Origin: Azolla caroliniana | Lineage: Eukaryota > Plantae > Polypodiophyta | Length of the DNA stretch: 64,000 nt | NCBI GenBank assembly: GCA_043228905.1 | Contig: JBHGNT010000009.1 | Location: 7,626,001 to 7,690,000, forward strand | Reading direction: 5' to 3' | Shown: positions 25,765 through 37,584 of the stretch, in pieces | Layout of the letters: every line of letters begins with the position of its first letter | How positions within the stretch are numbered: position 1 is the stretch's first letter | Notes under the pieces: generated by a model | Database searches by the model: none | What the model saw: only the letters and a program-made list of their open reading frames with translations | What the model was told of the DNA's origin: nothing | Program-made: the position numbers and the translations under genes

Positions 25765-27330
25765 ACATAGATGTGTGAGAGAGGGATGGAGGTTTCCAAA
25801 TCGGTTCACAAGCCGTTTCTCAAACCGGTTTAGGGATCAGTTTGGTTTGGTTTGGTTCAAGTTTGAGAACCCTAAAATGGTTTAGGCTTAACCAGTTTGT
25901 CTTGGATAAGGCCAAACCAGTTAAGCCTAAACTGAACTGTTGCCGATCCCTAGGTTGAACACATGTTTCCAAGAGCATAACCTAATAAGAGGTAGTGCAT
26001 TTAACTCCTAATTACCTCCTTAAAAACATCTTTTGAATTTTCTCAATTTCATTCCATGCATCAGGAGAGATGGTGCCATTCCATATTTCTACTCCATAAA
26101 GTAATACTTGAGTTACCATGGCATCGAACAACATTATTTTTACTTCCCATCCACAAGTATCACTTTGGTTGCATTGGTTCTCCAAAAGGTATTATATGAT
26201 TTCCAACCGACTAGAAGCCTAGAATAAAAGCATGCACTCCATTTATTTGTGCCAGGTACATCAATACCAAGATATTTAAAGCTTTGAACAAATTGTATAT
26301 GTTCACCTCTATATGTGAGCCTAGGGTAATGATGGGATTGGATGGTTTGCATTGCCATAATCTTTGTTTTCTCCATATTCATTGCTAGTCCACTACTATG
26401 GCAAAATTCTTCTACGGCCCCAAGTAAATGTTGCATAATAGCGACATCAAATGAGAAGAGTACATCATCTGCATATAAAAGCAATAAGCTAACATGTTGC
26501 GTCAATTTGGGGGCATTCAATCCTTCTTCTCTTGCAGCCTTATTCATCACTTCTTCTAATTTATCAATACATAAGCCAAAGAGTGTGGGTGATAGTGGAC
26601 ATCCTTGCTTGACCCCCATGTTACTTAAAAAGTGGTTTGAGAATCCACTATCCATTTTTAGTGGGCATTTAACTTGTTCATATAGGCGTGCAACAACAAC
26701 TCGGTACTCTAATGGCATGTCAATCTCTACCATTCTATTCCAAAGCTCACTTCTTTTGCTTGTACTTTCAACCAATGTGCTTATCTTTTGCTCCATAATA
26801 GTGCTATATAATTTAGCAAATAGTTAGGTCACCATTATTTTATGATAATTTGACACTTGATTTTATCTCTGGTTTTAAGTATCGGTTTAATCCAATTCAC
26901 AAGCCAATCATTTGGAAAACCTTGTTTTATAGATTGCTCTATAATTGTCATTATCCAATGACAAGTATGTGGTGTAGTTCATTCTAAAAGCTCACTTGAA
27001 ATGTAGGTTATAACAGTTGCTTTCTCACTCGCCATCTTCTTTATTCCCTTATTGACATCATCAACATCGATGCATGTATTGGATGGTGTTTCAATGTTCT
27101 CAACCATAGGAGCCACACCTTCATGCATATATCACCTTTGTACATATTCTTGCATCTCTTCATTTGTAAAGTGACCTTTCACATCTTATTTCTTACCCTT
27201 GAGTTGCCCCTTGCTAATTTTGGTTTGAGCTTAAACAAGTTTTTCTTTTTTCATCTTTTACATTTGGAAATATCTTCTTTTCTTTCTCCTCACTACCTTC
27301 TTATATAGGTGCCATGCAATAATCCTTTTA
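24315..27330 (-). mobile_element. 5'-truncated RTEX-like LINE (family 2), decayed, interrupted by a hAT MITE
   Basis: ORF 26140-26796 has GVKQGCPLSPTLFG, LYADD, KYLG; degenerate C-terminal Cys/His region near 24550-24670; high similarity to 9880-11177. Confidence 0.88.
25179..25952. mobile_element. hAT-family MITE with internal (GA)n and ~60-bp repeats
   Basis: TIRs TAGGGATCGACAACGGTTCA / TGAACTGTTGCCGATCCCTA; 8-bp TSD GGCTGAAC/GGTTGAAC; AAACCG/CGGTTT subterminal motifs. Confidence 0.88.
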
Positions 27331-28719
27331 TTAACACGTTTGCGTTCAGAAGTGGAAGGATCGTGCACAAATCGAAGGAAAAGGAATATTCCGTTTGATT
27401 TCAGGGTTTTTTTAACCATTTCACAGAACACGTTGATACCAGTATCACATGTTCTCAAAGATTTGATGGAAAAGCTAAAAATTCCACAATTTCAAAAAAT
27501 TGAAAATTCAAAAAATTTGGATAATGATGAAAAGTTACATTGTAATTTTCCATAAAAATGACAATGTTTTTTTGTGACAAACAATCTTCACAAGGAGCAA
27601 TAGATTAAAAAACACCAAACCTTTATATCATTCGAGTTCTTACAAGCTTAAATTTGTTACACTTTGACACCAAAAATACAGTTAGGAGTTATTTGCCTCA
27701 CTATCATCACTCTTTTCATGAGAATCACCACTATAACTCTTCGTTGTCATCTTCAAATGTACCAATCAAAGCATTGTCTTCATCAAAATCAAATGTTGTG
27801 ACTCCAAGTTATGTGTATAAGATCTAGTTTTCCTTCGATCTAAGAAGCCTTGTAGACTTAGCAATTTCTCTTTTTATTATGTATGTTGTTAACTTCCTAA
27901 ACGTACAACTTTTGTCAGTGTAAAGTTGTACACAATGATACGACCTTAGTAATGTCAAGGGTCGATGTGTTACGAACATTTCTTTTCCTTGTTCTATTTC
28001 CTCATCACGTTGGACATTCCATCATCATCTCCAATGTATACTTGCCTATAAATGCGTTCTTGCTTCGAGTGTTGTACCAATGCACCTTTATACACTTGAT
28101 TTGATTTTCATTTTCATGCATCACCACGTCCAATATGTTATGCAATCAAGAATTGGTTGCCCAGGATGTTCTCATTTGCAGGTGTAGCAATTACATCCCA
28201 AACTTCAGTTCTAGCAAGTTTCCTTTCCACCTGGCTTTTGCTGCTTTTGTCATTCTTGGTCCCACATAAATGTCTCTTTGTTGTGGATGTAGCAAACTGT
28301 CAAGATTCGTATTACGTGCATGAAGTGGCAATTGAGAGGCACAAGAGTGTTGTATAAACCACGTAAATGACATTTGCAAGGTCCAAATACCAGCGACACA
28401 ATTATCAATAATTCCTTATTGATCACTAAAGAACAAGTCCCACCATGAGGTATCTTGTTGTGCAACATGTTTCTTTGCATTGTCAATATGCTTCTTTTTG
28501 TCTTTTAAGGCCTGCATCCAAAAGTTCCTCTATTCTTCTACCGACTCACTATGCACTTCCTTTTTAGTTTCAATAAACATTTGTTTTGTACCATAAATAG
28601 TAGTTACAGATGACATGTGATTGAAGCTTATATTCTTTAATTGGGCTAAAACTTCAACATTCCCTTCCCCACCATGTGATATGTATCTCCTAAAGTTATA
28701 TCTCCTTTAAGTGGATCAC

Positions 28720-28958
28720 ATTCAAACGTGGTGTATATGCTCAGAAATGACATCAAATAACTTCGGTAATGTGAAAGCATCATATTGAGATATCAATTGT
28801 CTTGAGAATGTATTGAACAACTAATCAATATGGTCATGTGTGTGACCAACCAAAAAGAAGTTAACTTTCACTTTCCTAAACACTCTTTGGTTCACCAGCA
28901 TACTCAAATATCCAAAGACAGTTGGATTCTTGTTCTCCCTAGTTGTATTGTCCAATTG
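28720..28958 (-). pseudogene. Sola-like (DUF7869-type) transposase fragment; upstream codons lie at 57349-57370
   Basis: QLDNTTRENKNPTVFGYLSMLVNQRVFRKVKVNFFLVGHTHDHID*LFNTFSRQL motif; 57349-57370 supplies LVLYIQ. Confidence 0.65.
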
Positions 28959-29021
28959 TAATAGGAAAGAGAGCATAGATCTTCGAGAAGGATATGCTGA
29001 TATATATATATATATATATAT

Positions 29022-29834
29022 TGTGAAATGCACATAAGAGATCAAAACCAGTCTACTTAGCTTCTTACTTCTTAATCAATTTATAGTTGATACAACGAAA
29101 CCCATTTGGGTTGGGTTGGGTTGGCTAAACATGGTGTGCTAAAAGGGTGGGTCAACTTGAGCACACACATCCTAAAAAGGGTGAGCTAAAAGGGTGGCAC
29201 AAAGGAACACATGCACACCACATTTCCCCCCTGCGAGAAACAAGAGATTGAGGGGCATGAGTGACCATGTGTGGTCCTTGCCGGGAACTGGAACGGTCCT
29301 CGCTGAGAGTTGGAACACGAACACCAACGGGCGTGAGCAACCATGTTGTCCTCACCAAGAATTGGAACACGAACGAGTGAGTGACCATGTGGCCCTCACC
29401 GGGAACTGGAACATGAAAGAAACTAAAAAATAGAGACAATGAAGCGATGTTGATGATGAAGCGGTGGATATCGGGAGGCCTAACTAGTGAACTAAGGCGG
29501 TGCTAATAGAAGAGATACTACTACAAGAGACTAACAAGAGTGTCGGTGATGGTGGTGAGGGCGATGCTACCTATGAAGCGGAAGAGGCGGATGCTTGGAT
29601 GTGGGGGACTAGGACCCGTCATCTCCACCAATATGTGGAATGCACATAAGAGATCAAAACTAGTCTACTTAGCTTCTTACTTCTTAATCAATTTATAGTT
29701 GATACAACGAAACCCATTTGGGTTGGCTTGGCTTGGCTAAACATGGTGTGCTAAAAGGGTGGGTCAACTTGAGCACACGCATCCTAAAAAGGGTGAGCTA
29801 AAAGGGTGGCACAAAGGAACACATGCACACCACA
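29022..29834 (-). mobile_element. TRIM (miniature non-autonomous LTR retrotransposon) inserted in (TA)n of the copia A 3' LTR
   Basis: 201-bp near-identical TG...CA repeats (29022-29222, 29634-29834); minus-strand PBS TGGTGGAGATGACGGG (29615-29630); PPT AGGGGGGAAA (29223-29232); ~410 bp non-coding interior. Confidence 0.88.
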
Positions 29835-30074
29835 ATATATATATATATATAGTACGGAAACAGAAAATAGCAAGACAAACAGAACACGCAGTACACAAGA
29901 TTTACGTGGAAACCCTAAAACAAGGGAAAACCATGGGAACAGATATTCCACTATGTGAATGGAAAGTACAGAAGCAAGAACAAGTTACAACTATATGATA
30001 ATGAATAGAGAATACCCACTTAGGGTTCTTGGCAAGTTTCTCAGAACTTTGTCGTCACTCTCTCTCACGCTCTT

Positions 30075-30108
30075 CTATCTATCCATCCATCCATCCATCC
30101 ATCCATCC

Positions 30109-30158
<50 letters not shown>
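30075..30158. repeat. (TCCA)n(TCTA)n compound microsatellite within the copia A 3' LTR
   Basis: Directly visible; absent from the matching position of the 5' LTR (~50850). Confidence 0.9.
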
Positions 30159-30159
<1 letters not shown>

Positions 30160-31196
30160 ACTTGTTACTTTCTCACTTTGTTACACTCTATACAACACTT
30201 CGTTATGTTCTACACACATAACACTATGTTTGCCCTAGGTGTATTTATACTCATACATAGTATGGGCTATTTACAAGCATACCTTTCATTATGATTATTA
30301 TTAAATAATCTTAGTTGATCAGTTGACTAATCGACTCCTATGTCGATTCTCCAGTTGGCCTGACTAGCCGACTCCCATGTCGGCTATCCAGTCGACCTGA
30401 TTAGTCGACCTTCTCCTTGACTTGGAGCATCCATGATGTAGTCGACTCTCTCTATCTCCTTTAGAGCAGTTGGCAACCTTGTCAACTCGTTGGTCGATCC
30501 AACAGACCATCTAGTGTTCAGCTTGTCTCTATTCGATTGCTGATTTCTCCCTGAGGAGGCACATATTCCTAACAAACTCCCCCTTCACTCCTACGAGGAG
30601 GACTTGGTCATTCTAGTCTTCTGTTGATAGACTCTGAGTCTGTCCATAGGTAGGTTCTTCGCGAGCATGCCAGATCCATTATTGCCAGTATGGATCTTCA
30701 TGAGGGTAAACTCTCCTTCATCCACTTTCTCTCGCAACCAATGATACCGTCTCTATATGTGTTTGGTCTGTGAGTGGTAAGAATGAAGTAAGAATTCTAT
30801 GTGCTTTATTCCTAACTAACTCACTGAGAAAATTTCTCATCCATATTAGCTCCTTGCCGTCCTCTACCGCGGCCATATACTCTGCCTCTGTGGTCAACAA
30901 GGTCACATACTTTTGCAATCTTGACTGCCACGACACTGATCCCCCTTCATGGGTCATCACATAACCAGATGTCAATCAGCTCGAGTCTACATCCGTTGAC
31001 ATGTCTAAGACGGTAAAACCTTCGAGCATAGGTTTTCCGACACCATACCTGAGGCACGCCCCCAAGGTGCCTTTCAAGTACCTGAGTGTCCACTTGACTG
31101 CTACCCAGTGTTCTCTTCTTGGATTACTCATGTATCGGCTTACAGTCCCACAACAAATGCTATGCTTGGCCTCGTATAGACCATAGCATACATTAA

Positions 31197-34100
31197 TGTT
31201 GAGCGAGCAAGCTCAACGTGGGCCGGATCGGCTGAACAAGCCGAGAGCCGGATTGGGTGAAGACCGATCGATCGGCTAGGGCTGTATCGGATCGGGAACT
31301 GGATCAGTGAGGTGAATCCGCGTGGACCCAGTAGGCCGTTACAAGACTACAATCCTAGAATACTAGGAGGTTATATTCCTAGGAGTTAGTGTTAGTAGCT
31401 TAGTTATGAGCATTGAAGTACTTGTCAATACTTTTGACCATCCTTTACGGACTTTTATAAAAGTGCTCACTGAGCACATTTGTATGCACAGAGTGTTATA
31501 TTTGAAATCGAGTTTTCTGTGTTCTACTCTCTCTGTCTCTCATGAATTCTATGTATTCTTTGTGTGTTCTCCATTGATTCTCTATGTTTTTTGTTGCTAT
31601 CCGGCTGAACCGATTGTGTCTGTTTTAGCTTTCGCACGCTAATCTTCACATGGTATCAAAGCGGGAGGGTTGAGAATCCTTTGCTGCCGACAAGCATTCA
31701 ATACAAGCAAACCCTAGACCTCGGTAAGCATAGACAAGAAGAAGAAAATGGACAGAAGCATGGCAAGCTCACTTCCAACCGAAAAGCTCGATCAGAGCAA
31801 CCACGCATCTTGGTTTTACAAGATGCACCAATACTTGTTTGGGCACGGTTATTGGAGTTATGTGGAAAGAGTGAATGAAGTAGCGCGGGAATCAGCACAA
31901 AAGGATTTTTCGGTGTGGGAGCAAGCAGCAAGCAACAAGAAAAACCTTGTACTGCCTTGCATCCTGTGTGCACGAGTAGATGCGGGGCTACATTTAGGAT
32001 GTGAAGACGCTGAAGGAGGCCTGGGAAAATCTGAAAAAGATTTCCATTGCAAGTACCAGAACTCGGAAGTTGCAGCTCCGACAAGAGCTCAACGATATCC
32101 GATAGAGGGATATGACCGTGACTGACTACACCACCAAAATTAAGGAGATCTGTGATGCCTTGGGGTCCATCAATGTGATGGTGGATGAAGATGAGATGGT
32201 ATAGATTTGCATCGGGGGTCTAGCACAAAGGTACGGGCCGATTTGGATGACTATTTGCCGAATGTTGTACATGGAGGGGGATTGGTCTCACGGTCGTGGC
32301 AGATGAGGTGGTTTGGCACCCAATGGTGGCGGTCAACAAGAGTAGAATCAAAGGCATAATTGACATGCTGACAACAGTTTTGGACCCTCCACGAGTAGGG
32401 GGAGTCAAGGCAATGTCGGGAATTGACAAGGGAAAGCCGAGACGGAATGCTGGTACTGTGACCGAAAGGATCACCGAGAAAGCTAATGCTGGAAAAAGAA
32501 GGCCAATTCGGACAAATCCAGATCCGGCAGAACCGAACAAGGGAATCGACAACATTCACACTACGCCGAAGGGTCGGAAGGACCCAAAACCGGAAAGGGC
32601 CCAACCTTTGTTATAGAGCACAAGGCAAATTTGATGAAGAAGAGCACCTTGAAACCGAACGAGGTGTGGTACGTCGACTCCGGAGCATCAAATCATATGA
32701 CGAGCCACAAAGAGTGGTTCTCATATTTGGAGAAACAAAAACAACCGGGAGTCATCGAAACCGGTGATGACACCGTGCATCCGATCGAACATGTGTTGGG
32801 GAAGTTCCCCTGAGTCATGTTGACCAGAAGGGGAGACTGATGAACGTCTTGCATGTCCTGACGATCATCGAGAACTTGGTGCCAGTTGGACAAATCGTTG
32901 ACCAAGGGATGCAGGTCCAATTCACCCATCTCAGGTGTTTCATCGAAGAAGAAGGCCAAATCATTAGGCAAGGGTGTCGAGAAGGGAGGATGTTCATCCT
33001 TGACACGAATGATGTCAACACCACTTTGTTCGCCAAAGGAATAATGTCAAGTTGGACATTGATGTATGGCATAAGCGGATCGGCCACGTCAACTACCAAA
33101 GGCTTCAAGAATTGCAAAAGAAACAAGTCATGTTCAGGTTGCCGAAGTTCAGTCGTTGGAAGGCCCAAATCTGTGAGCCAGCCAACTAGGGAAGAAACAC
33201 TCACTTCCATTCCCCAACGAGCGAAATCGGAGCCCAAACAAGCTCGACTTGATACATTCAGATGTATGGGGAGTGACATAGAATGTGAGCTAAGGTGGGA
33301 GTCGATACTTCGTCTCCTTCATTGACGACTATAGCCGACACACGTGGATCTACCTCATCGAAAACAAGAATGAAGTCTTTGATTGTTTCCCGAACCTAAA
33401 AAGCTTGGTGGAAAGGGAAACAGAAAGTGTTAGGAATATGTCCCTCCTGTGGGAGGAGCCGACTGTTCGGCTGAGTAAGAGCCGATAGTCGAAGACAAGG
33501 AAGGAGTAGCTAACTGGTCGAGCTGAGAGCCGACAATCGAAGACACAGAGAGTCGACAAGTAGAGATGATAGTAAAGGATTCAAGTTGAAGACACGACAG
33601 ACTAGTCGGGCCGAGCGGATGGTCTAAGACAAGACTGACAAGACAGTCGACATAGGTGTCGGCTTATTAACTGCTATGGTTATTACTATAATAATAAGAA
33701 TGATAGTAATAGAGGCTACATTTGTAAATAGCCCATATGGTGTATTAGTATAAATACACCTAGAGCAGACATTATGATCATTATGAGAGATGTAGAATAG
33801 AGTTTTTGTTGTAGCGGACAGAGCGAGAGTCTAGAAGAAGAGAGACGCGTGAGAGCGTGACCGGCACCATAGCTATGTGTGTAACAGTAGACGCCAAGAG
33901 CCCAGTGTGGCTGGTACACTCTGTATGAGAGTGTTGTAATCTGTTTTACCCTTCTCTTGTATATCCACCGTAATAGTGAAGATATGTTCTCCCATGGTTT
34001 TTCCTGTTTAGGGTTTTCCATGTAAAACTGTGCACTATGCATATCTTGTGTATTTGTTGTTTTCACGTTCCGTTTGTACATTTCAACATATCTTTCTCAC

Positions 34101-37100
34101 ACATCTACGATCCGATCTCATCAGAAAGAAAAATCAAGTGCTTGCGGTCAGATGGCGGGAAAGAATAATATTCTGGCCAGTTCAATTGTTACCTACAACA
34201 GATGGGAATTCGGCAAGAACTTAGTTGTAGATATACGCCAGAGCAGAACGACATAGTTGAGCGGAAGAATCGGTTGATTGTTGAAGCTAGAGGAGAAGAG
34301 CATGCCCAAGTTTTGTTGGGCCGATGCGGTTCGGACAACGGTCTACATCCAAAATCGGATCGGAGAGAAGGTGTCGGCACACGCATTGTATTTTGGGCGC
34401 AAGCCGAACTTGAGACACTTGAGGGTATTCGGTAGCATTTCCTATGTGCATGTGCCAGATGAGAAGAGGAAGAAGTTGGACACAAAATCGGAGAAGTACA
34501 TATTGGCCGGCTACTCACATGAACAGAAGGGGTATAAGTGCTACAACCACCAGACCAAATAGGTGCGAGTGAGCCAAGTTGTCGTGTTCGATGAGTCAGC
34601 ATCCTAGTATTCCCCTCCGACTCCATTATGGTTATTGAGGATGAGGCTAGTGAGTCCGACATGATTTGGGAAGAAGAAGAAGAAGATTTCGGCACTCAGG
34701 AAGAGAGTCTGATCTCAATTCGGTTGAGTGGGCCGAATGAAGAGCTAAGTCGGAAGGACTAGTCGAATGAAGAGTCGACGAGCATTGATGACTCGGTCGT
34801 GCTCTCCCCACACAAGGAACCAATGAGATGGTTCACATGCAAAGAAAAGGGGGAGATGAAGATTCCAAAGTACGGCACAGACAAAGGTGCGTCAGACCCG
34901 AGAGAATCCGACACCAACCGGAGCGAAAATGGACCTCAGGAGTTGAGGTTAGATGCGGCCAAGAGGGCCATTAAATCGGCTAAACGCCGATCGAATTGCC
35001 ACAAGAAGCCAATGATCAAGTATGGTTATAATGAGTACATGGCGCACCATTATGTATACATGACGAAGGTGGCTGAAGTCTATGAGCCGGAGAGCTATGC
35101 GGAGGCATCACAGGATGCCAAATGGTGTTCGGTCATGGAGGAAGAAATGTGGGCACTGTATGCCAACGACACATGGGACCTGGTTGACCCTCCTCGACAT
35201 TTCCAAACTGATCGGATGTAAATGGATATACAAGGTGAAGTATAATACTGATGGTTTAGTCAATCGGTACAAGGCCCGATTGGTGACCAAAGGATATGCG
35301 CAGACCCACGACATCGACTACGACAAGACCTTCACACCAGCAACGAAGTGATGCCTATACATGTGGTGTTGGCGGTTGCAGTGGCAAGGGGGCAACATCT
35401 CCACCAGATGGACGTCAAAAACACATTTCTTCAAGGTGACCTTGAAGAGTAGTTATTTATGGTCCAACCCCCCTGGATTTCAGTCGGAGTTGCATAAGTC
35501 AATGATATGTCGATTGAAGAAGTCAATTTATGGCCTTAAGCAAGCCCCCAGTGCTTGGAAATAAAAAATCAAGCACTAGTTGCGTAAGATGGGGTTTAGG
35601 GCCTCCAAACCCGACTCTTCTCTATTCATCTAGAAAGGTTTGAATGGTTCGGTTTGCATTCTGTTGTATGTAGACCCGACCTTGCTGAAATCGGCCGAGT
35701 AAAGTCCAAGTTGTTGGATGCATTTGAGATGAAGGACTTGGGGGACCTTCAATACTTCCTCAGGATCGAGGTGATCCACACTCTTGATGGCATATTGGTA
35801 TCTCAATGACATTACGTGTTAAATATGTTGTACAAATTCAGCATGACAGATTGTCGATTCCTCTCCACGCCTCTCGACAGAAACCTAAAGCTATTTCCCG
35901 ACTCGGGAGTAACCTGCGAATAGAAATGGTTCTGACAAATCATCGGAAGGCTCATATACTTAACGATCACCCGACCCAACCTGAGCTGTTTGGTTGACGT
36001 GATTAGTCAATTCATGCAACGACTGACTGTTGAACAGCTTCAGTGCGCGACTTGAATATTGTGGTATGTGAGCGGCACGAAGGATCGGGGACTGTTGTAC
36101 TGACATGGTATAACTGAACAACTACTCGCCGACTGGGCAGGAGACCGTCAGTTGACATTGGGTTTCATGTTCTCTCTTGGAAGTGTGACTGTAGTGTGGA
36201 GCAGCAAGAAGAAACCGATAGTGGCCCTATCAAGCACGGAGGTTGAGTATAGAGGAGCCACCGTTGCGACATGTGAAGCTATATGACTTAGGTGGCAGTT
36301 GCAAGACTTGTGGGTCGACATTCCCACTCCGATTCTGATCTACTGTGACAATATCAGTAGCATGCAATTGGACAAGAACCTCGTCTTCCATGCTCTCACG
36401 AAGCACATTGAAGTGCATTATCACTTTGTGTGCTAGCGGGTTCTGAAAGGTGAAGTTGAACTCAGATATGTTTGAACCGATCGGCAGGTGGCCGACATCT
36501 TCACCAAGGCGCTTGGGACGGACAAGTTGCAACAATTTTCAGAGATGCTTGGGTTACAACATCTTGACGTGCCACATTTGAGGGAGAGAACATGTGAAAA
36601 AGAAGGGCACGAACAATAAGAGGAAGCCGAAGAAGATGCCAAATCGACTGAAGAGGTTGACACATCCGAAAGAGCCTGAGCAAGCGGCAAAGTTGACATA
36701 GTCAAGAAGGACAGAGTTGACTAGAAGAAAAAGGCGAGGACCAAGACATGGTCGGACGTGGTTAAGGGCCTGAAAAAGGAAGATGAATTGGAGATAGCCA
36801 ATTAGGACCAGAGCGAGAACGAATCGGAGACAACCGATTGGGTTGAGTAGTTCGATTCGGATGAGCCGAATCACATGGAGGCCAAGCGGATGGGAGGGCA
36901 GCTGAAGTCGACGCCGACACAAAGGGGCCGATAGGTCGAGAAGCGCCAATGTCACAATAGCAAGAGAGCGGAGATGGGTCTGATGAGCACACAAACCGAC
37001 CGAGGTGGTCGAGATGCACAGGACCGAATGGGTCGAGGGGCGCGAGCAAGGTGTGAAGATGCCAGGAGAAGCCGGAGATAAGGATCGGTGAATGCTGACA

Positions 37101-37584
37101 TGTAGACCGACCTAAAGTTGAGCTTGAGGGAGAGTGTTGAGAGAGCAAGCTCATCGTGGGCTGGGTCGGCTGAATAAGCCGAGAGCCGGATCGGGTGAAG
37201 ACCAATTGGCTTGGCCCAAATCGGATCAGGAACCGGATCGGTGAGGCGAATACGCGTGGACCCGGTAGGCCATTAGAGGCCTACGATCCTAGAATACTAG
37301 GAAGCTCTATTCCTAGGAGCTAGTGTAAGTAGCTTAGTTATGAGCATTGAAGTACTTGTCAGTACTTTTGACCATCCTTTATGGACTCGTATAAAAGTGC
37401 TCACGGAGCACATTTGTATGCACAAAGTGTTATTTTTGAAATCGAGTTTTCTGTGTTCTGCTCTCTCTATCTCTCCCTAATACTATGTATTCTTTGTGTG
37501 TTCTCCATTGATTCTCTGTGTTTTCTGTTACTATCAGGCTGAGTCGGTTGTGTCTGTTTTAGGTTCCACACGCTAATCTTCACA
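31197..37584 (+). mobile_element. Ty1/copia element B, full-length, decayed, nested in copia A
   Basis: LTRs 31197-31650 and 37135-37584; TSD ATTAA; PBS TGGTATCAAAGC; PPT GAGGGAGAG; gag, WYVDSGASNHMT protease, integrase, RYKARLVTKGY RT, RNase H. Confidence 0.95.
33428..34123 (+). mobile_element. Solo LTR (related to copia A LTR) inserted in the integrase of copia B
   Basis: TGTTAGGAAT...CTCATCA with TSD GAAAG (33423-33427/34124-34128); removing it restores ETERKIKCLRSDGG. Confidence 0.9.
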
